64,000 bases of DNA from Pseudomonadota bacterium (GTDB lineage: Bacteria; Pseudomonadota; Alphaproteobacteria; Rhodobacterales; Rhodobacteraceae). The stretch covers positions 302-64,301 of the forward strand of contig JBCBOD010000006.1 of NCBI GenBank assembly GCA_039821425.1. The letters are read 5' to 3'. The notes beneath the pieces are model-generated. The model was not told the origin of the DNA and did no database searches. It saw nothing but the letters and a program-made list of their open reading frames with translations. This document shows, piece by piece, positions 9,090 through 18,872 of the stretch. The position numbers were made by a program, and so were the translations under genes. The first letter of the stretch is position 1; every line of letters begins with the position of its first letter.

Positions 9090-9522
9090 TTTTTCCTAGA
9101 TAGTTCAGCTAGCGCCGCATCGCGGTAGCGGCACATGCAGCCACCCAGTTCGTTTGCCTGACTTGCAGATCAATCGGTGGCCTAGCGCGAGTAAGGACGC
9201 GCCACTCAGGCACCCCGCTGAACAAACCGCTCATAAATTCAGCAAACGCGGCAATTCTGTCCGATAACTGGGCGCTCTTTAGCCTCAAACGCCAATCACC
9301 AGTTCGCTTTGTAGCAATGTCGCAGGTGCTGTGTCTTGCTTCGCCTGCCCGCACAGGGCACTGAAACGTCCCGCAGGGCCCATCCTGGCAGATAGTATCC
9401 CCGCGAGACGACAACATCACTGCTGTGGGGCGCAGATAAGTAGTCTGAGACGGAATTCAAAGTGCGTGTGCGCGTGTTTTGAAAACGTCAAAAGAACCAC
9501 GGCACAATTTGGGACTGAATAT

Positions 9523-10803
9523 ATGGCTAAACTCCTCCCCCTTGCCTCACTTGTTACTGCTGGGCTTCTGTCGTCGACAGCTGCATTTGCTTGTGATGAT
9601 CCGATCAAAGTAGGTGTCTTGCACTCTTTGTCCGGCACCATGGCAATCTCGGAAACCACGCTGAAAGACACGATGGAGCTCTTGATCGAGAACCAGAATG
9701 CTGCTGGCGGTCTTTTGGGCTGCGAAATCGAGGCTGTCGTTGTTGATCCGGCATCCGACTGGCCGCTTTTTGCGGAAAAGGCGCGCGAGCTTCTGACCGT
9801 GTCGGAAGTTGATGTGATCTTTGGCTCTTGGACATCCGTGTCGCGCAAATCCGCGCTGCCCGTTCTGGAAGAGCTGAACGGCCTGATGTTCTATCCGGTC
9901 CAGTACGAGGGCGAAGAAAGCTCTCGCAACGTCTTTTACACCGGCGCTGCACCAAACCAGCAGGCCATTCCCGCCACCGACTATTTCCTCGAAGAGCTTG
10001 GCGTAGAGAAGTTCGCGCTGCTTGGGACAGATTATGTCTACCCGCGGACAACGAACAACATCCTCGAAGCCTACCTTCAGGATAATGGCATTCCGGCCGA
10101 AGACATCTTTGTCAACTATACCCCCTTCGGTCACTCTGACTGGGCGACCATTGTTGCTGACGTCGTAGCACTGGGTGCTGACGGCAAGCAGGTTGGCGTG
10201 ATCTCCACCATCAACGGTGACGCAAACATCGGCTTCTACAAGGAACTAGCAGCGGCAGGCATCTCTGCTGACGACATTCCGGTGGTCGCATTCTCTGTTG
10301 GTGAGGAAGAGCTTTCGGGCCTCGACACAACCAACCTTGTCGGTCACCTGGCCGCTTGGAACTACTTCCAGTCCGCTGAATCCGAGCTGAACGACGAATG
10401 GGTCACAGCCTGGAAGGCGAAAATGGGCGACGAGCGTGTCACCAACGACCCAATGGAGGCCCACTACATCGGCTTCAACATGTGGGTGAACGCCGTGACC
10501 GACGCTGGCACTACGGACGTCGACGCTGTTCGTGAAGCCATGTACGGGCAGGAGTTCCCGAACCTGACAGGCGGGACCGCGGTGATGCTGCCAAACCACC
10601 ACCTGGCCAAGCCAGTCCTGATTGGTGAGATCACAGCAGACGGCCAGTTCGACATCATCAGCCAGACCGCAGAAGTTCCAGGCGATGCATGGACAGACTA
10701 CCTGCCCGAAAGCGCCGTGCTGATGTCCGATTGGCAGGAACTTGGCTGCGGGATGTACAACACCGAGACCGAGACCTGCGTCCAGCTGACCTCGAACTAC
10801 TAA
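9523..10803 (+). CDS. urtA: urea ABC transporter substrate-binding protein
   Basis: ORF 9331..10803. The internal ATG gives MAKLLPLASLVTAGLLSSTAAFA, then IKVGVLHSLSGTMAISE. It leads a urtBCDE-type operon. Confidence 0.88.
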   Translation: MAKLLPLASLVTAGLLSSTAAFACDDPIKVGVLHSLSGTMAISETTLKDTMELLIENQNAAGGLLGCEIEAVVVDPASDWPLFAEKARELLTVSEVDVIFGSWTSVSRKSALPVLEELNGLMFYPVQYEGEESSRNVFYTGAAPNQQAIPATDYFLEELGVEKFALLGTDYVYPRTTNNILEAYLQDNGIPAEDIFVNYTPFGHSDWATIVADVVALGADGKQVGVISTINGDANIGFYKELAAAGISADDIPVVAFSVGEEELSGLDTTNLVGHLAAWNYFQSAESELNDEWVTAWKAKMGDERVTNDPMEAHYIGFNMWVNAVTDAGTTDVDAVREAMYGQEFPNLTGGTAVMLPNHHLAKPVLIGEITADGQFDIISQTAEVPGDAWTDYLPESAVLMSDWQELGCGMYNTETETCVQLTSNY

Positions 10804-10869
10804 GATCAAATGGATGCGCGGGCGACCTGCCCGCGCATCCAACATGCTGAAGAACAGGCCTTCCCGACC

Positions 10870-12801
10870 ATGCTCCGAACACTGCTCATGGCACTTGCCC
10901 TGTGTCTTACTTTGCCTGCGGCCGTGACGGCCCAGACCCTGCAATCCGTCCTTCAGACCCACTCCGACGAGGTGGCCAAACCCGGCCGCCGCACTGTCGG
11001 TGTCTTCCTTGATGATCTGGTGGCGAGTGAGTTGCCTCAGGCCGTCCCCTTCCTCGAAGCCTGGCGCGACAGAGAGATTGTGCAGCGCGAGGAAGACGGC
11101 CTATTCTTTCGAAATGCGGATGGGACGCTTATTGATCTCGATACGGGTGAAGTTGTTGGCGCCACCGATGACGTCGCGGTGTCCGAGTCCCGCCCCAACG
11201 GCGGCGTGCGCCGCGCGATCGGCGATGTGCTGGTGCAATTCCAGCTTTCCGATCCGGATATTGCCAAACGGCAGGCCGCTGTTGACGCAATTGCGCGGAG
11301 CATGGACGCCAGTCAGCTGGCCCCTCTGGCCGCATCGGTGGACGGCGAAGAAGACCCTGCACTGCTGGCGACAAAGGAACGTCTTGTCGGCCTGCTGCAA
11401 GCGAGCTTTGCCCCAACAGCAGAAGAACGCATTCAGGCCATCGAAAACCTCGGAAGCGATCTGTCAGTCGACACACGTGCGGTGCTGAACAAGATCCTCG
11501 CGACTGAACCCAATGTCGCCGCGCGTTTGCCTGACGACGCCAACGTCGCATCGATCCTCACCCCCGGCGTCGATCTATCTGAGGCAGAGGCCTACGCCCA
11601 GCTTGTGGCCGCTGATCTTGCGCCTGCTGTTGTGAGTGATGCTGACATCCGTGAAGCACTGATCGCCAACATCGTCGATGACGCGGTCGGCGGCGCCCCG
11701 GTTGCGACATTGAATTCACAGGCCGCGCGCATCGCCGCCTACCAGGTTTTGGCAGATGCCGGCACTGTGCCGCCAATGGTGACAGCGGATGAACAGGCAG
11801 CCGCATTGGACGCGCATATCTTCTATCTGTCTTACGTAGAGCCAGAGGCGCAGATCACCGATGCCGCCCGCGCCTCGCTGGATGCCATCGAGACAAAAGT
11901 CGCCCTAAGCCAGGCCGCCGACCTGGGTCTTGATGCCCTGTCATTGGCCTCGATCTACTTTCTGGCCGCTATCGGATTGGCCATCACTTTTGGTGTGATG
12001 GGGGTCATCAACATGGCCCATGGCGAATTTATCATGATGGGCGCCTACACCGGCTATGTCGTCCAGCTTTTCGTGCCCGACTATACGCTGTCGATCATCA
12101 TCGCACTGCCACTTGCCTTTGCCGTCACCTTCGGGGCCGGTGTCGCGATGGAGCGGCTGGTGATCCGTCATCTTTACCATCGCCCGTTGGAGACACTGCT
12201 CGCGACCTTCGGGATTTCCATTGCCTTGCAGCAGCTCGCGAAAAACATCTTCGGAACGCAGGCGCGCCCGCTGACCTCGCCGGGCTGGCTCGATGGCGCA
12301 CTCGTTTTCAACGACGTCATCGCAATCAGCTACATTCGCATCGCCATCTTCGTGCTTGCGCTGATCTTCCTTGCCTTGATCGTCTATGTGCTGCGACGCA
12401 CGCGACTGGGGCTCGAGGTGCGGGCGGTGACACAGAACCCCGGCATGGCGTCCTCGATGGGGATCAACCCGGACCGGATCAACATGATGACCTTCGGTCT
12501 GGGGTCCGGGATCGCGGGGATCGCCGGTGTCGCGATTGGCCTGTTTGCGCAGGTCACATCAGAAATGGGACAGGCCTATATCGTGCAGTCCTTCATGACC
12601 GTGGTCGTCGGCGGGGTTGGCAGCGTGTTTGGCACGCTCGCCGGGGCTGGCCTGATCGGTGGTCTGCAAAAGGGGATCGAATGGCTGAACCCGTCAAACA
12701 CGCTGGCGGCACAGACCTACATGATTCTCTTCATCATCCTCTTCATTCAATTCCGTCCCAAGGGCATTGTCGCCCTGAAGGGGCGGGCGGCTGCGGACTG
12801 A
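10870..12801 (+). CDS. urtB: urea ABC transporter permease with a roughly 355-aa N-terminal periplasmic extension
   Basis: Signal MLRTLLMALALCLTLPAAVTAQ. The LivH-type core starts near IYFLAAIGLAITFGVMGVINMAHGEF (about nt 11940). Confidence 0.85.
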   Translation: MLRTLLMALALCLTLPAAVTAQTLQSVLQTHSDEVAKPGRRTVGVFLDDLVASELPQAVPFLEAWRDREIVQREEDGLFFRNADGTLIDLDTGEVVGATDDVAVSESRPNGGVRRAIGDVLVQFQLSDPDIAKRQAAVDAIARSMDASQLAPLAASVDGEEDPALLATKERLVGLLQASFAPTAEERIQAIENLGSDLSVDTRAVLNKILATEPNVAARLPDDANVASILTPGVDLSEAEAYAQLVAADLAPAVVSDADIREALIANIVDDAVGGAPVATLNSQAARIAAYQVLADAGTVPPMVTADEQAAALDAHIFYLSYVEPEAQITDAARASLDAIETKVALSQAADLGLDALSLASIYFLAAIGLAITFGVMGVINMAHGEFIMMGAYTGYVVQLFVPDYTLSIIIALPLAFAVTFGAGVAMERLVIRHLYHRPLETLLATFGISIALQQLAKNIFGTQARPLTSPGWLDGALVFNDVIAISYIRIAIFVLALIFLALIVYVLRRTRLGLEVRAVTQNPGMASSMGINPDRINMMTFGLGSGIAGIAGVAIGLFAQVTSEMGQAYIVQSFMTVVVGGVGSVFGTLAGAGLIGGLQKGIEWLNPSNTLAAQTYMILFIILFIQFRPKGIVALKGRAAAD

Positions 12802-12805
12802 TCCC

Positions 12806-13972
12806 ATGGGCAAAACGTTTCTCTCGCAAAACCCATCCGTGATCTGGTTTTTGCTGGCACTGTCAATCTTCACACTGGTGGTGACGCTCTTGTCCGAGGT
12901 GACAGGCGTCGCGCTGATTTCGACCAGCTTTGTCAAGACGTTGGGCAAGACACTGTGCCTGTGTCTGGTCGCGGTCGCGATGGATGTGGTCTGGGGGTAT
13001 TGCGGCATTCTCAGCCTTGGCCACTTCGCCTTTTTCGGCATCGGTGGCTATGCCATCGGGATGTGGTTGATGTACGCCCGGACGGAAATCATCGTCTTGG
13101 AAAGCCTGGCAGGTCAGCCCCTGCCACCCACCCCGCAAGAGGTGTCAGACGCCATCGGCACACAGATCTTCGGGGTCGTCGGCAGCTCTGAATTCCCGCT
13201 GATCTGGGGCTTTGCCGATAGCCTGTTTCTCCAGCTGCTTATGATCATTCTGGTGCCCGGGCTCCTGGCGTTTGTCTTTGGCTGGCTGGCATTCCGTAGC
13301 CGCGTGACAGGGGTTTACCTGTCGATCCTGACCCAGGCGATGACACTCGCACTGGCGCTCTACCTTTTTCAGAACGACAGCGGCCTGCGCGGCAACAACG
13401 GGCTGTCAGGGCTGCAGAACATCCCCGGGTATGAGCAGACATCGCAGGCAGTGATCTCAATCGTGTTCTTCTGGGCGTCAGCCTTGGCGCTTGGGCTGGG
13501 CTATGTGTTCTTCGCCTGGGTAGTGTCCGGCAAGATGGGAAGTGTGATCAAGGGCATCCGGGACAACGAGGCGCGTGTGCGGTTTCTGGGCTACCATGTG
13601 GAAAGCTATAAGCTCTTCATCTTCACGATCACGGCCATCGTCTCTGGCATCGCGGGTGCGCTCTACTATCCGCAGGCAGGCATCATCAACCCCGGTGAGA
13701 TTGCGCCCATTGCCTCCATCTATCTGGCTGTCTGGGTCGCCATTGGCGGTCGTGGGCGGCTCTACGGGGCGGTGATCGGGGCTGCGTTTGTCTCTCTCCT
13801 CTCCAGCTGGTTCACCGGTGGCGGCGCGCCCGATGTGCCGCTGGGCTTCTACACGATCAAATGGACAGACTGGTGGCTGGTTCTGCTGGGCCTGAGCTTT
13901 GTGGCGGTCACGCTCTTCTTTCCCAAAGGGATTGGCGGCCTTTTTGACAGGCTGGTGAGGAAACCATCATGA
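12806..13972 (+). CDS. urtC: urea ABC transporter permease
   Basis: LivM-type multi-pass permease (GILSLGHFAFFGIGGY). Position in the operon supports the call. Confidence 0.85.
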   Translation: MGKTFLSQNPSVIWFLLALSIFTLVVTLLSEVTGVALISTSFVKTLGKTLCLCLVAVAMDVVWGYCGILSLGHFAFFGIGGYAIGMWLMYARTEIIVLESLAGQPLPPTPQEVSDAIGTQIFGVVGSSEFPLIWGFADSLFLQLLMIILVPGLLAFVFGWLAFRSRVTGVYLSILTQAMTLALALYLFQNDSGLRGNNGLSGLQNIPGYEQTSQAVISIVFFWASALALGLGYVFFAWVVSGKMGSVIKGIRDNEARVRFLGYHVESYKLFIFTITAIVSGIAGALYYPQAGIINPGEIAPIASIYLAVWVAIGGRGRLYGAVIGAAFVSLLSSWFTGGGAPDVPLGFYTIKWTDWWLVLLGLSFVAVTLFFPKGIGGLFDRLVRKPS

Positions 13973-14718
13973 ACACGTTGTTAGAGGTCTCTGGCGTCTC
14001 GGTCACTTTTGACGGGTTTCGGGCAATCAACAACTTGTCCGTCCAGTTCGCCGAAGCCGAATTGCGCGCAATCATCGGCCCCAACGGGGCCGGAAAGACC
14101 ACCTTCATGGACATCGTGACCGGAAAGACAAAGCCGGACGAAGGCACCGTCACCTGGGGGGAAAGAAACATCTCCCTTCTTGGCATGTCCGAGAGTGACA
14201 TCGCGATGGAAGGGATCGGGCGCAAGTTTCAAAAACCAACCGTGTTTGAAGACCAAACCGTGCGGCAGAACCTTGCCATGGCGCTGAAGAACCCGCGCGG
14301 CCCCTTCGCGGTGCTTCTGCACAAAAGGACGAAGGCCAATGGTGAACGTATCGAGGCGATCGCCGAACAGATTGGCCTGACGGATCACCTGACCCGGATT
14401 GCGGGTGAGTTGAGCCATGGGCAAAAGCAGTGGCTGGAAATCGGCATGCTTTTGGCGCAACAGCCGCGTTTGCTGCTTGTCGATGAACCAGCGGCCGGCA
14501 TGACAGTGGAAGAGCGTGAAAAGACGACAGACATCCTGCGCGAGGCCGCAAAGACGCGGGCGGTTGTGGTTGTGGAACATGACATGGAATTTGTCCGAAG
14601 ACTGGGGTGCAAAGTGACCGTCTTGCATGAGGGATCGGTGCTGGCCGAAGGCAGCCTTGATCACGTGACCGCCAACCAAAAAGTCATCGACGTCTATCTG
14701 GGTCGCGGCCATGCTTGA
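13969..14718 (+). CDS. urtD: urea ABC transporter ATP-binding protein
   Basis: Walker A GPNGAGKTT, signature LSHGQKQ, Walker B LLLVDEP. ATGA overlap with urtC. Confidence 0.88.
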   Translation: MNTLLEVSGVSVTFDGFRAINNLSVQFAEAELRAIIGPNGAGKTTFMDIVTGKTKPDEGTVTWGERNISLLGMSESDIAMEGIGRKFQKPTVFEDQTVRQNLAMALKNPRGPFAVLLHKRTKANGERIEAIAEQIGLTDHLTRIAGELSHGQKQWLEIGMLLAQQPRLLLVDEPAAGMTVEEREKTTDILREAAKTRAVVVVEHDMEFVRRLGCKVTVLHEGSVLAEGSLDHVTANQKVIDVYLGRGHA

Positions 14719-15406
14719 GGTCGCAAACCTGAGCCTGAAGTACGGGCAGAGCCAGATCCTGTTTGATGTCTCGCTCTCTGCAAAGGCGGGCCAGATCACT
14801 ACGTTGATGGGCAACAACGGGGTCGGCAAGACAAGCTTTCTCAAGGCTGTCGCGGGTCGCCACCCCTTTAGCAGCGGCAGTCTTGCGGTTGCTGACACCT
14901 CGCTTGACCGCCCCAGTGCCTATGAAGCGGCCCGTGCAGGTATTGCCTATGTCCCGCAGGGCCGCGAGGTCTTTCCGATGATGACGGTGCTGGAGAACCT
15001 TGAAACAGGCTTTGCATGCCTGCCGAAAACAGAACACGCCATCCCGAACGAAATCTTTGACCTGTTCCCGGTGTTGAACGAAATGCAATCGCGACGCGGC
15101 GGTGATCTATCGGGCGGCCAGCAACAACAACTGGCCATCGCCCGGGCGCTGATCACGCGGCCCAAGGTCTTGCTATTGGATGAACCCACCGAAGGGATCC
15201 AGCCGAATATTATTCAGCAGATCGGCGATGCCCTGCAGCAACTGCGTGGCCGTGGTGAAATGGCAATTGTGTTGGTCGAACAGAACGCTGACTTCGCCTA
15301 CGGCATGGCGGACCGGATCTATGTGATGGAGCGCGGAGCGATGAAATGCGAGGTTGCGAAGGCAGAGATTTCCAAGGCGGAGCTGATTGAGCAGCTATCG
15401 CTTTGA
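14711..15406 (+). CDS. urtE: urea ABC transporter ATP-binding protein
   Basis: Walker A GNNGVGKTS, signature LSGGQQQ, Walker B LLLDEP. Overlaps the urtD end. Confidence 0.88.
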   Translation: MLEVANLSLKYGQSQILFDVSLSAKAGQITTLMGNNGVGKTSFLKAVAGRHPFSSGSLAVADTSLDRPSAYEAARAGIAYVPQGREVFPMMTVLENLETGFACLPKTEHAIPNEIFDLFPVLNEMQSRRGGDLSGGQQQQLAIARALITRPKVLLLDEPTEGIQPNIIQQIGDALQQLRGRGEMAIVLVEQNADFAYGMADRIYVMERGAMKCEVAKAEISKAELIEQLSL

Positions 15407-15470
15407 TCCTGCTTGCCTTGCAAAAATGATCGGAGGTGCGGCAGGCGCAACATAAGGCGCCCGGGTCGCA

Positions 15471-16253
15471 CTAGCCTGGATGCACAGGCTGGAAACTGGA
15501 CACATCCTGCGCCGCAATTTTTCGCAATATATCAATGACATGGGTCACATAGGCTTCGGCAGTCTTCCGACCCTTTTCAGCGCTTGCCAGATGCGCCTCA
15601 CCCGCCACGCCTGCGGGGTTCACGTCAGACGCAACCCAGCCATGGGCGATTGCACCAACAGGTGGGATATCGCCTTGGTCATGCGTCCAGCGGAAATCCT
15701 GCGCCTTGGACATATCCACCGTGTCAGGCCGGAAGTGCAGCATCAGTGAGGTTTCATTGTCGCCGCCGTGGATCCCCTGCGCCATTTCCTGTGGGCTATA
15801 GACACCCTCTGGCACGCCGCCAGCGCCCCAGCCCATGCGCACGCAATACATCCCAGCCTGCACCCGCAGCTCGCGCGATATGATCGAGATCAGGTCAGTA
15901 TTGCCGCCATGGCTGTTGACGATCAGCATCTTGCGCACGCCAGCACGCGCAACAGACAGGCCGATTTCGGTCCATGCCCGGAGGGCCGTTTCAGCCGACA
16001 GGGTGAGCGTGCCGGGCGCATAAATATGCTCATTGGACTTACCGACAGCCATGATGGGCAAGAGGCGGATATCGAGATCATCCGGGCAACGCTCCACCAG
16101 CAGATCGCAAAGGCCCTGATTGATCATCGTATCGACGCCAACCGGCAAGTGCGGACCGTGTTGTTCCACCGCTGCCGTAGGCAGGATCGCAATCGTCTTA
16201 TCCGGGTCGATCTTCAGGTCAGTCGCGGGGTAGTCAATCCAATAACGGCTCAT
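15471..16253 (-). CDS. creatininase-family amidohydrolase
   Basis: ORF 15471..16484. The internal ATG at 16253 gives MSRYWIDYP...ILPTAAVEQHGPHLPVGVD and IVNSHGGN motifs. ATGA overlap with the upstream gene. Confidence 0.8.
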   Translation of the reverse strand: MSRYWIDYPATDLKIDPDKTIAILPTAAVEQHGPHLPVGVDTMINQGLCDLLVERCPDDLDIRLLPIMAVGKSNEHIYAPGTLTLSAETALRAWTEIGLSVARAGVRKMLIVNSHGGNTDLISIISRELRVQAGMYCVRMGWGAGGVPEGVYSPQEMAQGIHGGDNETSLMLHFRPDTVDMSKAQDFRWTHDQGDIPPVGAIAHGWVASDVNPAGVAGEAHLASAEKGRKTAEAYVTHVIDILRKIAAQDVSSFQPVHPG

Positions 16254-16882
16254 TGCGTTTGTGCCTGCGGTTCGAGGCTTGACCGGTAGCCCGTCAGCTT
16301 GTCGACCTTCGTGGCGACTTTGGCCAGATGCGCCTTCAATGCGGGTTCCTTTGCGCTGTCCATCAGGTAATGCGCCGCAAAGACCTTGCGTGTCCGCGGC
16401 GCGAGAAGCAGCCCCACGCCCCGCATCAGCGTTCGTTTGCCGGGTGCGCCGATGAAGAAGGTCAGCCAGCGGCTCGCCCCACAAGTGGTGAAGACGCCCA
16501 TGCGCGTGATGTGGTGCAAGCCCGGTTTGATGTTTTCGTCCTCCACCTTCGGCATGATGAAGGCGACATCCGGCAACAGAACCCGGTCAAGCCAGCCTTT
16601 CAACATCGCGGGCAGCCCGTACCACCATGTCGGGTAGATGAAGATGAGCGTGTCGCACCACGCAACATCGGCCACCTGATCGGCCACGGGTTCCTGATTC
16701 TTGGGGCAGTCCTCGTACCCCGTCCACTCTTCTGTCGTGAGAACCGGCTGGAACCCCTCGCGATAGAGATCATGCAAACGCACCTCGGCACCGGCGGCCT
16801 TCAGCCGTTCCAGCACCGTGTCGCGGACGGCAGCGTTGAATGATCCTTCGCGTGGGTGACAATAGACGACCAGCACGCGCAT
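16250..16882 (-). CDS. flavodoxin-fold NAD(P)H dehydrogenase (quinone)-like protein, copy 1
   Basis: MRVLVVYCHPREGSFNAA...LIFIYPTWWYGLPAMLKGWLDRV (Flavodoxin_2/NQO-type pattern). Confidence 0.75.
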   Translation of the reverse strand: MRVLVVYCHPREGSFNAAVRDTVLERLKAAGAEVRLHDLYREGFQPVLTTEEWTGYEDCPKNQEPVADQVADVAWCDTLIFIYPTWWYGLPAMLKGWLDRVLLPDVAFIMPKVEDENIKPGLHHITRMGVFTTCGASRWLTFFIGAPGKRTLMRGVGLLLAPRTRKVFAAHYLMDSAKEPALKAHLAKVATKVDKLTGYRSSLEPQAQTQ

Positions 16883-16883
16883 G

Positions 16884-17465
16884 TCAGAATGCCTCCATCT
16901 CCTTTTGCACCCGGGCGAGGAAGGCTTTGCAGCCTTCGGGTGTGATGTTGTTCATATCGTATTGGGCGATGTAGCGCATCTTTTCAGGGCGGATCGTGCC
17001 CCAGACCGCACGTTTGAAAATCCGCTTTGGCGGGTCACCCGCAAGGAACGCCCGCATCGGGGTGGCGCCATAGGTGGTGACTGCGGCGATCTTGCGGATG
17101 TTGTTCATGCAGGCAGCGATCTTGCCGTCCTGCAGGTCAAAAGCGACACCCGGCAGCATCACCCGATCAAAGAAACCTTTGAGGATCGCAGGGTAGCCGA
17201 AGTTCCAGATCGGATGGCAGAGGATGAAGGCATCCGCTGCGCGCAACCGATCAACATACGCCTGCACTGGCGCGGTGTTAATGGCCGTGTCGTGGTAATC
17301 CTCGCGCTCTTTCCGGCTGAGAACCGGGTTGAACTCTTCCGCATAAAGGTCGCAATCATCAACTTCCCACCCCTTGCCCTTCAGCGTGTCAACCACAACC
17401 TGATGCGCCGCGGCGTTCAGGCTTTCTGGGACCGGATGAGCGAAAAGGACAAACGCGCGCGGCAT
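16884..17465 (-). CDS. flavodoxin-fold NAD(P)H dehydrogenase (quinone)-like protein, copy 2
   Basis: AFVLFAHPVPESLNAA...FILCHPIWNFGYPAILKGFFDRV. Clear paralogue of the neighbouring gene. Confidence 0.75.
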   Translation of the reverse strand: MPRAFVLFAHPVPESLNAAAHQVVVDTLKGKGWEVDDCDLYAEEFNPVLSRKEREDYHDTAINTAPVQAYVDRLRAADAFILCHPIWNFGYPAILKGFFDRVMLPGVAFDLQDGKIAACMNNIRKIAAVTTYGATPMRAFLAGDPPKRIFKRAVWGTIRPEKMRYIAQYDMNNITPEGCKAFLARVQKEMEAF

Positions 17466-18872
17466 CTACTCCGCCGCCGTCTTGGGTTGCAGGCCGGGCC
17501 AGGCATACATGCGGTCATAGGACCAATCCGGATCATCCCAGGCGATCATTTTGCCGGGGTTGAGAAGGCCCTTTGGATCCGCCTCGCGTTTGAATTCCAG
17601 CTGACGTTCATCTACGGCCTGCCGCCCGCCTTCTTCCAAAGTGTAACGATGGGGATTGAAGTTCATCGCGCCCATCTCTTCGTGGATTGCAACGATTTCA
17701 TCCAGCCGTTCTTCGGATGTGAACTTGACCAATGTCAGCCCGCCCATCGCGACCTTGCCGTTCATGCGGGTGACTTCGACGTGCTGCAGCACTTCGGGTG
17801 ACAGGCGATCCTTCACCGCTTTGATCAGCTTGATCGGGTCATCGGTGCCATAGGCGATTTGCAGGTAGGTGATGGACGGATCAACCTTCAGCGCCCGCAG
17901 GGTTGTGTGGTTCCAGCCGTATTCAAACACCAGGCCGGGGTCGCGCGGCCATTCGGTGTCGCCTTGAATGTAGATGGTATTGGCACCCGGATAGTCTGCC
18001 GTGAACGTCTCCCACCCTGGCATGGCGTGGGGGGCGACCATCAGGGCGACGAGCGCATCGCCTTCTTCCACATGCGGCGCAACGCGCTGGAAGTAGTCCT
18101 TGGCAATCGGTGCTTCGAACACTGTCGCGAGTTTGATCAGCAGACCGTCGCAGGACGCGAGGTCATAGCTATATTGCAGCGCCTCGTCGAAATCCTTGAA
18201 GGACAGGAATATCCCCTTCCAGTCATAGGCAGGGGCGAGGGGAATTTCGATCTCGGTGATGATACCATTGGTGCCGTAGGCGTGGCTGACGCGGTGCAGG
18301 TCGTGGCCTGTGATATCGAGCGTACGCGGTTCTTCTTCCATCGTCACAACGCGCAGGCGGATGATGTTACCAGGGTCGCGCAAGCTGCCCCAGCGGACAG
18401 ACCCGATCCCGCCAGACCCACCGGCTATGAAGCCACCGATGGTCGCCGTGGCCCAGGTGGAGGAATACATGCGGATTTCCTGCCCGGTTTCATTGCAGGC
18501 CGCGTCGAGCTCTTTCAGCAACACGCCGGGTTCGCAGATCACGCGGCCCGGGTGGATTTCCTTGACCGTGTTCATTTGGTTGAGGTGCAGGATACAGCCA
18601 CCCGCCAGCGGCATGGCTTGCCCGTAGTTACCTGTGCCCGTGCCGCGGGTCGTGACCGGCACATCATGGGCGTAGCAGGTTTTCAGGACGGTGATCACCT
18701 CTGCCTCAGACTTCGGCGTGGCCACGAAATCGGCAACGACATGATCGAGGCGGTCTTTCAGCACCGGCGAGTACCAGAAGAAATCGCGGCTCTTGGATTT
18801 CACGCTGGCAGGCTTGGTGTCGATGTCGATGCCCTGATCGGTCAGGGCGGCGATTGCGGCGTCGATGTTCAT
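17466..18872 (-). CDS. FAD-linked oxidase (PCMH-type FAD-binding domain)
   Basis: VTTRGTGTGNYGQAMP...GGFIAGGSGGIGS...YGTNGIITE pattern of the FAD_binding_4 family. 468 aa. Confidence 0.78.
   Translation of the reverse strand: MNIDAAIAALTDQGIDIDTKPASVKSKSRDFFWYSPVLKDRLDHVVADFVATPKSEAEVITVLKTCYAHDVPVTTRGTGTGNYGQAMPLAGGCILHLNQMNTVKEIHPGRVICEPGVLLKELDAACNETGQEIRMYSSTWATATIGGFIAGGSGGIGSVRWGSLRDPGNIIRLRVVTMEEEPRTLDITGHDLHRVSHAYGTNGIITEIEIPLAPAYDWKGIFLSFKDFDEALQYSYDLASCDGLLIKLATVFEAPIAKDYFQRVAPHVEEGDALVALMVAPHAMPGWETFTADYPGANTIYIQGDTEWPRDPGLVFEYGWNHTTLRALKVDPSITYLQIAYGTDDPIKLIKAVKDRLSPEVLQHVEVTRMNGKVAMGGLTLVKFTSEERLDEIVAIHEEMGAMNFNPHRYTLEEGGRQAVDERQLEFKREADPKGLLNPGKMIAWDDPDWSYDRMYAWPGLQPKTAAE

Noticed and set aside
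9109-9420. 103-aa minus-strand ORF next to tRNA-Tyr, considered as an integrase remnant or real gene
   Set aside because: It has no recognisable recombinase or other motif, no RBS, and an odd Cys/Arg-rich N-terminus. I kept it only as part of the 'long spacer' finding.
9331-9522. N-terminal extension of the urtA ORF, and similar extensions at 696-785, 10810-10869, 16254-16484, 22819-22950, 31154-31237, 41996-42253, 56876-57166 and 58602-58772
   Set aside because: The extensions are non-protein-like, overlap the neighbouring gene or promoter region, and precede an internal start. That internal start gives a proper signal peptide, a conserved N-terminus or a coupled stop/start junction.
9090-9522. 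Sigma-54 (TGGCAC-N5-TTGC) promoter or guanidine/ykkC-type riboswitch ahead of urtA
   Set aside because: The closest strings are ctggcagatagtatcc and cggcacaatttggga, and they lack the -12 GC element. No ykkC-like conserved segments were seen.
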